From Azolla caroliniana (Eukaryota; Plantae; Polypodiophyta), in contig JBHGNT010000001.1 in assembly GCA_043228905.1 (NCBI GenBank), forward strand, positions 22,258,001-22,322,000: 64,000 bases of DNA, read 5' to 3'. Positions 50,701 through 63,347 of this stretch are shown here, one piece after another. How positions within the stretch are numbered: position 1 is the stretch's first letter; the number at the start of each line of letters is the position of its first letter. The notes under the pieces were generated by a model. The model was not told the origin of the DNA and did no database searches. It worked only from the letters and a program-made list of their open reading frames with translations. A program made the position numbers and the translations under genes.

Positions 50701-53700
50701 ACTAGAGGAGGTGGACCTCGGCACAACAGACAAGCCCCGACCGGTAAATGTCGCAAAGGAATTGCCGAAGGAAGAAAAGAAGGCAATGGTAGCATTATTA
50801 ACAGACTTCAAGGATGTGTTCGCGTGGTCGTACGAAGACATGCGAGGGCTGGACCCCCAGCTCTATCAGCACCAAATTCACCTAAGTACGGACGCGAAAC
50901 CGATCGCTCAACGCAGGTACCGGATGAATCCGAATTATGCGGCGAAGGTGAAGGAGGAAATTGATAAGCTCCTTCGGGTCGGATTTATCCGACCGGTCAA
51001 GCAGGCAACCTGGCTGAGTCCGATAGTGGTGGTCCCGAAAAAGAACGGCAAAATCCGGGTATGCGTGGACTATCGCAAACTAAATGCCACAACAGTGACC
51101 GATGCGTTTCCACTACCATTTACGGACGGGGTGTTAGATGCGGTAGCCGGCCACGAAGTTTACAGCTTCTTGGATGGATTTAGCGGCTACAACCAAATAC
51201 GAATGAACCCAGTCGACCAGGAGAAGACAACGTTCGTTACGGAATGGGGCGTGTTCGTCGCGGTCGTGATGATGTTCGGACTAAAGACGGCTCCAGCGAC
51301 CTTTCAAAGGATAATAATGGAAATTTTCGGGGAATATATCCCCGGTTTTATGCAGGTCTTCCTTGACAATTTCGCGGTCTATAGCCGGCACGGAGAGCAT
51401 CTCGATCACCTCCGGCTGTGCTTGGAGAAGTGCCACGAGTACCGATTGAGCCTGAACCCGGCCAAGTGCGTCTTTGGAGTGGCAAGCGGCAACTTACTAG
51501 GGCACGTGGTGAGTAAGGAAGGAATCGTGGTAGATCCGGATAAAGTCAAGGCGATTCTCGAGGCACCAGCACCAAATAACGCAAAGGCTCTAAGCCGGTT
51601 CCTGGGCCAAATAAGGTGGCATAACCGGATGATACGGCACCTCGCAGACTTCGCTACACCATTACATACCGCCGTACACAGGGTACCCTTCCTATGGGCG
51701 GAGACGGAGGAGGAAGCCTACCAAGCGTTGAAGGTTATGCTGTCGCAAGCTCCGGTGGTGCAACCGCCGGATTGGAGTAAAAGCTTTCACGTCTTCGTCC
51801 ACGCATCGGACGTAGCAATCGGCAACGTTCTGATGCAACTCACGGAGCCGAAATGGTACCAACCGGTGTACTACGCAAGCCGGAAACTCTCAAAAGCCGA
51901 ACGGAATTACTCCACGATGGAACGCGAGGCATTGGGAATGGTGTATAGTGTCACAAAGTACAGGCACTATCTGCTCGGAAGGAAGTTTTCCTTCCATGTC
52001 AACCATTCGGCACTACTCTACCTGGTCTCGAAGGCATCCCTGACGGGAAAAATTGCACGATGGACACTGTTGTTACAGGAATTTGAATTCGACATTTTCC
52101 ACCGACCCGGGGCGCAGCATGCGGTAGCGGACTACCTAAGCAGACTTGAATCCGGAGAAGCTGGGGACGGCATCCAGGATGAGTTCCCCGACGCTGAGTT
52201 GTTCCGGATCACGACGAAACCGGCAACGGATGCAACGGTAGCCGATGAAGACACGTGGCTAACTGAGATGCATCAGTTCCTGAGCACCGGAGTACCCCCG
52301 GAGAACATGGATCGCGATGAAAGGAAAAGGGTAGCAGTAAGAAGCAGACATTTCTGCTTGGTTGGAGACACCCTCTATCACAAGGGGGCAGATGGCATCT
52401 GGAGACGAGCAGTGCGGAGCGATGAGAAGGATTTAATCCTCAGGGAAGCCCACTGTGGAATTGCCGGCGGGCATTATGCTGGCGACGCAACCGCTCGGAA
52501 AATACGGCAGAGCGGACTGTGGTGGCCCACCACCCTAAAAGATGCCGTGAAGTATAGCAGAGAATGCGATTTGTGTCAACGACTGGGCCAACCCACGGAG
52601 CAGGCCCGGATGCCACACCACCCGGTCTTGCCATTGGAACCGTTTCAAAAGTGGGGTTTGGACTTTGTCGGTCCCTTCAAGCCACCGGCAATGCGAACCG
52701 GAAATCGGTATGTCATAGTGGCAACCGACTATTGCACCAAATGGGTAGAAGCAAAGGCCTTACGGGACAACACGGCCGCGTCCATGGAAAAGTTCTTGTA
52801 CGAGTGCATATGGTGCCGGTATGGATGCCCGATCGAGCTTATAAGTGACCAAGGAGGACATTTTCTCGGGCAGGTACTAGAAAGCCTGACGTCATTTTAC
52901 GCGGTGGTACATAAAAGGAGTACTCCCTACTACCCTCAAGCCAATGGACTAGCGGAATCAACGAACAAAACTCTGCAGAACATCCTATGAAAAATTGTCA
53001 ACGAGAACCGGACCGACTGGGATACGAAATTGCAAAGCGCGCTATGGGCGTACCGAACAACGTACAAAACCAGCATCCGGACAACCCCGTTCCGACTAGC
53101 ATTCGGTTTAGAAGCGGTCATGCCGGTAGAGTTCCAAATCCCCAGCTTACGGATTCAGGTAAAGGAGCGCTTAAGTGAGAAGGAGTCCGAACGAATCCGG
53201 CTGGCGACGTTGTTGGAATTAGAAGAAAACCGAATAGCCAGCTTACTACAACTCGAATTGGAGCAAAGGAGGAGAAAAGCTTTTGTGGACCGACACCGGC
53301 GTGGCAACGAAAAGGAGTTCGAAGTCAGGAAACTGGTGCTACTATTCCAGACACGGATGGGGAACATGCCGGGAAAGTTGCGGTTTTGGTGGACCGGACC
53401 GTTCTGGATCACCAAGGAGTACAATGGGTCGTATCAGCTCGGCACGTTATCTGGAGATGTCATCGGTAAGTGGGCAAATGGGTTTCGGCTAAAGCCGTAT
53501 AAGGGGAATATGCCAGCCAACCAGTTCAAGCAAAACCCGGAAATCCGGCAAGATGAGGAACCGACACCGACAGACGCTGCTGAAGATATTCGGACCGAGG
53601 AAGAACCGACACCGATACTGACAAAGACTATCCCGGAAAACCGACAGAAGGATCCGGTATCAACGCGAACCGACCCGAACAAATCGGGGGGGACCAGCAA

Positions 53701-53704
53701 ATGA
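47711..53704 (+). pseudogene. Single-frame gag-pol (~2000 codons) with three premature stops (48128, 48620, 52988)
   Basis: ORFs 47627..48130, 48203..48622, 48644..52990 and 53030..53704 are all in one frame. Three zinc knuckles, IDGGSG, LDGFSGYNQI, WGLDFVGP, SDQG, WTGPF. Confidence 0.93.
48146..48430 (+). repeat. 36-bp coding tandem repeat x8 (IPTTPAxEPKER)
   Basis: Visible in ORF 48203..48622, with a higher-order 108-bp trimer. Confidence 0.95.
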
Positions 53705-54111
53705 CATGGTCCAAACAAAGGGAAAAAAAAAAAAAAGACGTGGGCAAAATCGACGCGAATCATAGTAGTGATGGGGAGATCACAAGAGGTGGGAGCGCCA
53801 CCATGCAACGAAGAGGCGCCATGCATTAAAGAAGGACGTGCGCTTACTTGCTATTTAAAGCATGGAACGTGGGCACTCACACACGGCAAACAAGAAAGGA
53901 CATACTAATTATGGCGGGAGAGGAACATGCGCGGGAAACGAAAAAGGGCGGCTCGAGGCAAAAGCCACTATATAAGACACAGGCCTGCGAAGGACTTACT
54001 TTTTACGAATTTTCCTACACATAGGCGCAGAAGCATAGAAGAGCGATCCGATGCACAACGCACACACAGCCCGATCCCGAACAACAGACAGTAGAGGAAG
54101 AATTCGAAACA

Positions 54112-57027
54112 ATGGTACTGTCGGAGGAGGCACGCCAATGGATGAGGAAGAACGGGTTAAAAGGATTGTTGCGGATCGCCGACGCTCCACCACACGCAGA
54201 ACCAGAGCAGGCGGCAGCATCGATCGATTTATCAGAAATCACGGAAGGAGCGGTGCAGGCGCTCACGGGGATAAAAGCAGGAGGGCTTCAAACAATCGAA
54301 AACCCTTCAAGTGAAATCCTGTTCGAATATTTCGGTGAGTATTCTATCAGCAGCAAGGCGTACCGAACACAGGACGGAGAGAACCTGCTGTTCGGAGAAG
54401 TGGCCCGCGCCATGATGGAATACGGATTCGTGAATCCTCGACCCCCGGCCATAACCAGGTACCGGGCAACGTTCTTAATAGCAGTGTACGAAGGATTACA
54501 AGTAGACTGGCTCCATTTCATAACCGAAGGATTGAAGGAGGCCATCAAGAATCTTGTGGAAGGAAAAAAGCCATGGGCCGGGATAGCACAATGGCTAACG
54601 GTGTTAGTCCCACCGGTGCTCCCCATCACACAAAAGAAAAGAGGTCGGCAAGAGATGACGCCGAAAAAGGTCACAAAGCGCCGACAGATCCTGGAGAAAC
54701 ACACCCCCGGATGGACCCAGCAAGAAGCAGAACAGCGGGGGGAAGGACCATCCCGACAGCAACAGGAACCGGCAACAAAGGCAAAACCGGCAGGAAAAGG
54801 CAAAGGGAAATCGGCCGAGGAGGAACCGGTAGCGCTCAAACCAATCAATATAACGCTGCGACGGCCGGAACCGGAACCAGAGGTCTTTATACAAAAGGTC
54901 CGTCTGGTAACCGCACCGGAGGAGGAAGCTGAAACAGAAGACTCATCCGAACCACTGGTAAGACTCCCAGCAAGACAAGGTCGGGAGAGATGGGCGAAAG
55001 GACCGGCTCCACCAGTTGACAAAACTCAGCAGAGGGTGCAAGGACCACCTCCAGTAGCCGAGGTGGAAGCAGTACCGGAACCCGTACCGAGGGAAGCAGC
55101 ACCGACACCGGTTGTGCCGGACTTCAGAGAACCGGTCATCCCAGAGAAGAAGAATGAACAAGCGCCGGAGCCAGAGAAAAGGCCGGAAAAATAGCCTGAG
55201 TTAAGGAGTAGAAGTGAGCAAGGCCACCCCGACATAGGAAGCACAAAGCCACAATGGTTGAGATGGCTTTCGGAGCAGTTATCGGGAGTAGCGGACCAGT
55301 TAGAGGAAGAAGAAACGTGTAGGCAACAGCTGACGCATACAACAACTCAGGAGTTGGTCGCGCTCTGAACACAGATCGAGGAAATGCAAGGGGAGCTGTT
55401 GCAGGCAAGGGAAGGAATTCAACAAGCACAAGTTGTCACCGAGCCGGTCGGGACAACAAGGAAGCAACCAGAACCGGAACCGGAACCGGTAGCCTTGCAA
55501 ACCGGCCCTGAGAAAATAATAGAAACCTTACGAGAGGAGTTAAAAGCTCAGGAGACATTAAGGGAAAGAGAAAGGGAGCAGCGGAAAGCAGTGGAGGACG
55601 ACAGACGAAAAATGGAAGAAGGCCTCCGGAAAGGCCGAGCCACTAATGACCGACTGCAAGAAGAAAAAGAGAAGTTGCAAAAGGAGAAGGACCGACTGCA
55701 TCGACATGCCGAGCAGGAGATAGAACGACTGCAGGAAGAACTCCGACAACAGAAGGACCAGGACGATCGGTTAAGAGCTCAGGCAAACCGACGCCTGAAG
55801 CAGAAGACGGAGGACTTCGACCGTCTCTACCGAGATCACAAGCAGGCCGAGTCGGACAACAAGAAACGGGCAGCAAACTACGACCGGCAAATAGAGAAGC
55901 TGAAAGAACAACTCAAAGAGACCCGATTAGACCTAGCTAAGGCAATGGATGAGGTCAGTGCCAACAAGGAAGCATTGTCGGCGGAAATAGCCCAAGCAAC
56001 GGAGAGAAGGAAGGAATTAGAGGCGCTAAGGCGGGAAAAGCTGGATCTAACCAAGATCAGGAATGAAGAAAAGGAAAAATCGACCTTCACGATCAGCAAA
56101 CTGCAAAGTACCTATGAAAAGCAGAAAGCGGATTACGAGGCCCAGGCTCAGATAATGGCCACCATTATAAAACGGGCAAGGAAGGAAAAGCAAGAAGCTT
56201 ATGCGCATGCTAAGGCGGGGGTTGACCGGATCAAGCTCATCATGTCAGGTTGGAGTACCCGAGCTCAGGCAAGCATCAACGAAAGTACGGAAAAGCTATG
56301 GAAGGAGTGGTCACAACAGGCAGCCGAGCTGCAGACACTCCGAGCGGATGCCGAGAATCGGAGGAAGACCGGTGACAAGTTCTACAAGATGGATGAAGAA
56401 AGTATCGTCGCCATTCGGGAAGAATTGTCGGAGGATTTCTACGCTTTAGCGGAAGAACATCTCAAAGAAATCCGAGGGTTGGTAGAGAGGTTGGATGACG
56501 GGCAGCTCGCAACTCAGTTGGAGTTGGAGAAATACGAGCAGGACCGGTTACGACAGGAAGCCAAGGGAAGAATGACGCCAATCACTATAAGTGAGGGAGA
56601 GCGACCGGCTGAAGTTGAACCAACCGACACCGAACAACCCCGACGAGGAATACCCGAAGAAGAACTTCCGTTCGAAGGAGAAGAAGAAGAGCAGGAGTAG
56701 ACCGATGCCGGAGAAGAAGAAGAGCTGAGACCGGAAGACACCAGAGCAGAGGAAGAAGGCGTACCGAGCCGACCAGTCGAGACCGGAGAAAGCGACACTG
56801 GTAACAGAACAGAGCCAGGAACGGAGGGAGAACAGGAAGAACCCGGACGAAGCGGTGAGGAAGCACCGGCACCACAGAATCAAGCAGAGCCGGAGCAGCA
56901 AATTTTTACGGAACAGCCAAACCAACTGGAGGTCGGAGACTAGGCAGGCAAGGAACAGGAATTGGAGGAAGAAGCACCACTTGACACCATTGAGCAGAGT
57001 GTGCTCGGTATTTTGAAGGAAGAATGA
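54112..57027 (+). pseudogene. Extra sense ORF2 (~971 codons, 4 in-frame stops): plant-transposon-protein-like N-domain, Pro/Lys-rich linker, long coiled coil, acidic tail
   Basis: ORFs 54112..55194 and 55384..56700 share a frame. Reading through TAG 55192, TGA ~55366, TAG 56698 and TAG 56941 reaches IEQSVLGILKEE*. TATATAAG at 53969-53976. Confidence 0.8.
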
Positions 57028-58804
57028 GGCCGGGAGTGGATTCGAAGTGCAAGGCACTTTCCCACGGGCGTGCCATGTGTTGGCCGGACAGAAGAGAAGG
57101 GACAAGTGGGAAGGTGGAGTCGGATCGGATAATAGGAAGTAAATAATAGTAGGGACGGATCCGGTACAGTTGTACCGATCCGGATCCGGACCGATTCGGA
57201 TGTCGGTTGCCTAAGCGCACCGATTGTAACCTTGCCGGATGCCTATAAAAGGATCCGATGATTTGTAAAAGGCTTGGACGGAAGTAATACAAAAGTAATT
57301 ATTGCGTGTTTATCTGTATCTTCGTATTGTTTACCGTCTGTGCTTAATTGTAATCATCTTACGCGTGTAACCTAGCATCCAATCCTTACCACCCCTTTGG
57401 AGAAGTGTCGGATAGACACCTGTGTTGAGGCTAGTCCGGCCAGGCTGACAACAAGAGGCAGAGACAGAACAGAAGACTCAAAAACTTAGATTCAGAACAC
57501 ATGCTCTATATAGAAGTCCTTAAAAGGACTGATAGAAGTATTGACAAGTACTTCAATACGCATAACTAAGCTAATGACACTAACTCCCAAAAATTATAAA
57601 TACCTACTAAACTAGGAGCGTAGGACTCTAACGGGCTACCAACCCCCCTCGGATCAGGTTCCTCGATCCGGTTTTCCGATCCGATCGGGCCTAGCCGATT
57701 GGTCTTCATCCGATCTGGCCCTTGACTTATTTAGCCGATCTGGCCCATTTTGAGCTTGCTTCTAAACAAATATAACTTTTTTGATTATATGATTCTTGAG
57801 GAAACTTGCATTCCATTTTATTGTGTGTCTCTTGATTCATTATAGTGTTTTTCAAAAAAGTGTAATATATGTTCTTTGAATTATGTTGAATTAGCAAGAA
57901 GGAAATTTAAATTTTTGTTGGATTTTTTCTATTCTTCCAACTCTATAATCATATAAAGTTCCATTTTGAAAGCATGGAGTATTGTGGGATATATGATGCA
58001 TGGCTTGATGCTACATGAATTAACAATTAGTGATGGGTTCGATAAAGATTGAGCTTTACAAAAGGCTAATTTGAAATGCATCTAGAGTGTGAAAACATTA
58101 GACGAACAAAAGGTATTTGTTCAGCTAACAAAACACAAAGTGGTTTCATGGTATACATTGCCATAACGATTTGCACATTCTATTTTAAGCTTAATAAAGG
58201 CATCGGAAGTACGTTTGATATTGATGTGTTGAACACTTTTTGTAAAGCTATATTGATAATATGCATAATTGTTGACTATCCAATGTGCCACTGTTTTGTA
58301 ATATAGACCTATGATTAAAGGGAAAACTCAGATACTTTTATTGGTAAATGAAGGAGCATTGATAAAATGAATGAACTTAGAATTTTTTTAAGGCATCTTC
58401 TAATGTAGTAATGTTTTGCTAATGTGTGTGTGTATGTGTAACTTATATCCTTTGCCATTTGATGATTCATCCCATGGTGCCAATCAAGATCAATGCATTT
58501 CCAACTAATTTTTTCCTTTGCAGCATACCTTCTACAATCTCAACATGAATAAGTTTGCAAAAGATATGGAAGAGGTTTATAACTCTTCTCCATGGGGAGA
58601 TTATGTACATCTCCTAAATAAGTTGCATTCCAAGTGCTTAAGGAGGTATCAAATCTTGCATAGATATCCACCAATCAAATCCATTTATTTCTAAGCATCA
58701 TTGCCTTACTCAGGAGGAAGACACACTAATGTCTCATGCTCATAAACTTTAGCTCCCTTAATGTTCTCCTTCATACTAGGCATTGAGGAAAAGATTATTT
58801 CATG

Positions 58805-59180
58805 AAGGGGAGAGAAAAGAGAAACAAGAGGAAGGAGAGGAGAGGGGGAGAGAAATAGAAACAAGAGAGGAAGCACACAAAGGAGTCGGGGAGAGAAAGA
58901 GAAACAAGAGGAAGCACATAGAGGTGAGGGAAGAGAAACAAAAACAAGAGAGGAATCACAAAAAGGAGAGGGGGGGAGAAAAGAGAAACAAGAGGAAGCA
59001 CATAGAGCTGAGGGGGGGAGAAATAGAAACAAGAGAGGAAGCATAGAAAGGAGAGGGGGAGAGAAAAGAGAAACAAGAGGAAGCACACAAAGGTGAGAGG
59101 GAGAGAAACAAAAACAAGAAAGGAAGCACACAGAGAAGAGGGGTATAGAAAAGAGAAATAAGAGAGAGGGGGAAGAAAGA
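58805..59180. repeat. Purine-rich degenerate minisatellite (~42-bp unit, GAAACAAGAG core, ~9 copies)
   Basis: Directly visible. It produces the spurious Leu/Ser/Pro ORFs on the minus strand. Confidence 0.85.
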
Positions 59181-59299
59181 GATTTCAAATTTTCCCCCAA
59201 AAAGGATGTTCTCTCTCTTCATTCTTTTTCTTTTTTTAAATTTTAGTTTTTCTTTTTTATATTGTGAAATGCACATAAAAGGAAACGAAACTAGCTTGC

Positions 59300-59941
59300 C
59301 TAGCATCTTACGTATCGTTCAATTTGTAGAAGATACAAAGGTACCCCTTTTGGGTTGGCCTAGCTACATGCGTCCCAAAAGGGTGTGCTAAAAGGGTGTG
59401 CTAAAAGAGTGGTGTGTTAAGAGGCATGCACTCGCATGAAAGGGACACCACATTTCCCCCTTGAGAAAAACAAGGAGTTTTACAACATGGGGAAAGGAGG
59501 GGTGCTAGAAGATAGGCTTGGGGTAGTATAGGGCTTGATACGAGCAACATGGGCGGAGGTGAATCGGCCGTTGGCATCACGTCAGAGCAAGTAAGTAGTG
59601 GATTTGATGGCACAAACTATGGTGAACGGGCCAATCCATTAGTGTATGAGGGATTCGCTGAGACCGCGCTGCCAGACCGGGAAGTAAACAAGGACTTTTG
59701 TTCCATCAACATAAATCGGGGTAATTTGACCCATGTCATAGTGACGCTTCTGACGTTGTTGTGCGACTTGTAAATTTTGGGAGTTGGCTTGTTGAAGTAC
59801 GGGGAGCATTTGTTGGAGGATAGAGCCCCCAAGTGGCACTATCCATGTTGGCAGGTTTGGAATGGATGATTCTGGTGGGAGCCGAGAGTCGCGCCCATAG
59901 AGTGCTCGAAAAGGGCTGATCCTTGTTGACGCATGTACGGA
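59300..59941 (-). mobile_element. Gypsy-E-related 3' fragment (integrase C-terminus, PPT ~59453-59462, LTR remnant)
   Basis: VYFPVWQRGLSESLIH matches LIYFPIYRCGLSESVMH of ORF 25088..25483. The CCACA-TTTCCCCCTT junction resembles 25059-25073. Start is approximate. Confidence 0.7.
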
Positions 59942-62900
59942 TGTTGTTAGATCTTATGTCTAATGTAAGCATATGATAAGGATAAAAGATAGATATATAC
60001 AAAGAAGAGAGAGAAAGAAGGGTGCCGATCCACCCGACCACCCCAGAACGAAGGGATCGAGACGGACTCGAGCCTCGATCGGCATCCCATACCACCGCCG
60101 TGGTGTTGAGTCGTACCTGGTGCTGGCATGCTCGCTACAAGAGTTGATCCGCTACAACGTCAGAGTCTCAAAGTAGTCAAAAGATCATGAAATGAGGGTA
60201 GCTAGGCCTCATATTTATAGCAAGACCCAAGGCCCCCAGGAAAGTTCACACTTGGCCTAATGGGTTGTCTCAATCCCGAGAAAAGTAATCCTCCCCTTCT
60301 TTACACTCTCGTTAACCCTCACACTTATCCATGTGTATAGAATACTACGGTAAATTCTCACCACGGGATATTATATTGTCATGCCCGCAACATACTCCCC
60401 TATTTAAAACATTGCACTCTTGCAATGAAAAGTTAGGGAAGTTAGTTCTATGAGTATTTTCGCATTCCCATGTGGCATCTTTGATAGATTTATCCATCCA
60501 TTTAATTTTCAATTCTCGGATTATTTTTGTACGCAGATTTTTTGTTTTAACATCAAGAATTCTTTTTGGTACATGTGGTTTAGAAGATAATTCTTTAGAA
60601 GTAACCAGACTTTCAGTTGAATTGTATTGTCACCAGAACCTAGAAGATCTTTTAGACAACTTATATGAAAAACTGGATGAATTTCAATGCCATCGGGAAT
60701 AGCGAGACGATAGGCTGATGAGCCAATGCGTTTGAGGACTTGAAAAGGTCCACAAAACCATGGGGCTAACTTAGCGCACTTACCCGTAGACAATGTCTTA
60801 GAATTGTGAGGTACACATAAAAATACCTTCTGTCTAGGGTTGAATACAGGAGGTTGCCTATTATGATCGGTGTAAAAACGCGCTCTATCTAGAGCTGTTT
60901 TTATATTATCTTGTGCAATATGCAACATATTTTGAATATACCGAAGACATTTGTGTGTACTTCGCAACTCATGATGATGTATATTAACATCAATCAAGGC
61001 TCGTGCCTAAAAACCATACATAAACATAAAATGACTATATCCCGTCGACGTATGTTAGGAGCTGTTATAAGCAAACTCCAAAATTGGGAGATAACCTTCC
61101 CATTTTGTTGGTTTTGCCCCAATGTATGCTTGAAGCATGTCCTCAATAATTTGATTTATTCGCTCTGTTTGTCCATCGGATTGAGCATGATCTGTGGAGC
61201 TCATGATCAACGTAGTTTTCTAACTTCTTAAAGACGTGCATCCAGAAGTCACTAGTAAACTTTGGATCTCGATCACTCACGATATCCATTGGTAACCCAT
61301 AAAATGAAATAAATTTTCAATGAATTGGTAAGCCAATTCAAGAGTTGTTACTGTGGTTTTAGTAGCATAATAAATCTAGCCATTTTAGTTAGTCTATCCG
61401 CCACAACCCAGATGGCATCATGGTCTTTTTGGTGCGAGGAAGGTTAACAATAAAATCCATGGATATACTTTGCCATTTATTATTGGGAATGTCCAAGGGA
61501 TGTAAACATCATGCGGCTTTAAGTCGCTCGGCTTTGTTAACCTGACATTGGTGACATTTTGTCACATAGCTATGTATGTCAAGGCGCATCTTAGGCCAAT
61601 ATAATTGAGTGGAGATGAGAACGAATGTAAGATATATTCTATGGTGCCTGCAGAGGGTGCATTGTGGCATTCAAAAAGAATTCTCTTTTGGACCTCAAGA
61701 AAATCTGGAACACAAACCTTCCCATTACAATAGACCAGACCGTTAGCAATGTGGAAGTATTCCTTCGAGGATGTGGTGGTGACTATTCCAGACTCAAGTC
61801 TTTCCTAGTATTTCACAAAATAACTGTCATCAAGATATATTCCTCGATGGTGATCATAAAGCTCTGATGTTAATTCAGTGAAGCTAAGCATTTTAACTTC
61901 ACGAATGCGACATAGCGCATCAACGACAATGTTCATGGAATCTTTACGATATCGTATGAGAAAATCAAAGTCCTGGATAAGATCAACCTGTGAAAGTGTT
62001 TTTAGAATTTAAGGTATTGAAGTCTAAATGGGTTAGAAAGCTTGTGAAGAGAGCTATCCATAGCTTTTTAAAGATCTAAATGTGGAGCTTGGACGAGGGA
62101 GATATGACGATTTGAAGATTGTTGTGTCATACATAAGAATAGGACTCGATGAAAAACTCTAAAAAAAGTATAAAAAAGAAAGAAAGGGAAACTTATCTAG
62201 TGGAAGAGAACTTTATATAAAGCAAGAAGAGTAAGGTGGTAGGGGAGGCTCTTTCTAGGCGTGTTTTTCTTGCCTATTCATGTAGTGCATTTTTCTTGTG
62301 ATCAATTTATCCTTGTAGGCTTGAGTTTATGTATCTTCTTTCTCTCCTACTTATACCAAAATCATTCATTATCAATAAATCTCTGTTGTTTTGGATCTAT
62401 ATATCTTATTTATCTCTCTTTTCTATCATCTGTCTCTCATCACAACCCATCGTGCCTTACGACCTTTTAGGTCTTGTTAGTCACAGAAATATTTCAAGGA
62501 CTCATGGTCTGTAGTTACCACAAAACGATATCCATAAAGATAATGGCACCATGTTTTGAGCGCATGTATAGTTGCAAATCATTCCTTTTCTTGAACGTTA
62601 TACTGACATTGAGTAGAATCAAGTTTCTTACTCTCTAATGCTATTGGTTTGCAATCTTGATGTAAGACAACACCTATAGCATAATCACTTGCATCGGTTT
62701 CAACCTCAAAATGTTTTGAACGATTGGGTAAAAGAAGCAAAGGAGCCTTGCACACCGGGTCCTTGAGTTCCTTAAAGGCGAGGTCTAGTATAACATTCCA
62801 CACAATAGGTTTTGTAGACTTACGCGTTTGACCTTTTTGAAGAACAGTAAATGGCATCGTCAATTGAGGGTAATTACGAAGGGATTTTCGCAAAAACCCG

Positions 62901-63347
62901 ACAAAACCAAGGAATGATCGAACTTCTCGAATATTCCGAAGAGTGGGCCAAAGTTTGATTTTCTCGATGCGAGAAGGATCAATTTTAACTCCTCATTCGG
63001 TTATGACATGTCCAAGATAAGTAATTGATTTCTTGAAGAACTCGCATTTTGAGATCTTCGCGTAGAATTGCTTGTCGCAGAATGTTTGTAAGACAAAGCA
63101 GACATGTTTAGCGTGTTCTACTAATCTATGACTATAAACTAAAATATCATCCAAGAAAATAACGACAAATTTTTCAACTTGTTCTCGGAAAATATCATTC
63201 ATTTCGTGTTGAAATGTGGCCGGAGCATTGCTCAAACCAAAAGGCATAACCAAAAACTCATAATGGCCATAGCGCGTACGAAATGCCGTTTTAGGAACAT
63301 CGTCCTCACTTATACGAATTTGATGGTAGCCCGTACGAAGATCAATT
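59942..63347 (-). mobile_element. Gypsy-D chromovirus copy 2 (3' LTR 59942-60392; RT-RH-IN-chromodomain)
   Basis: Reverse-complement homology to 20830-23748. ORFs 62993..63412, 62579..62893 and 60521..60997. Confidence 0.9.
61989..62442 (+). mobile_element. Solo LTR with TSD CAACC
   Basis: TG...CA termini, CAACC at 61984-61988 and 62443-62447, TATA near 62214. Removing it restores the gypsy-D RNaseH. Confidence 0.85.

Larger units (their letters stand above)
47268..57453 (+). mobile_element. Gypsy-A element 1, full length (Athila/Selgy-like non-chromovirus), TSD AGAGG; LTRs 47268-47658 and 57078-57453
   Basis: TSD at 47263-47267 and 57454-57458. PBS TGGCGACCAC (tRNA-Arg(UCG)-like) at 47665-47674. 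Contains gag-pol plus an extra ORF. Lineage is inferred from RT/RH/IN motifs and the absence of an additional RNaseH. Confidence 0.95.
46008..57768 (-). mobile_element. Copia-B element 3 (5' LTR 47162-57768 split by gypsy-A1; PBS 47150-47161; gag-PR 46008-47066)
   Basis: PBS TGGTATTAGAGC. Gag MVRGMGGALPIEKLDRSNY, CWYCGRKGH, protease WYVDSRAS. Confidence 0.85.

Noticed and set aside
49005-50841. Long antisense ORFs over gypsy-A pol (also 54288..55022)
   Set aside because: These are shadow ORFs of GC-rich coding sequence with no independent motifs.
54112-57027. env gene or host SMC/myosin gene
   Set aside because: There is no signal peptide, TM segment or ATPase motif. It lies inside a TSD-bounded element and is present in a second family member.
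57770-58800. Possible host exons (GT donor near 58112, TTTGCAG acceptor near 58523)
   Set aside because: Candidate frames contain stops and no recognisable domain. A tBLASTx search would be needed.
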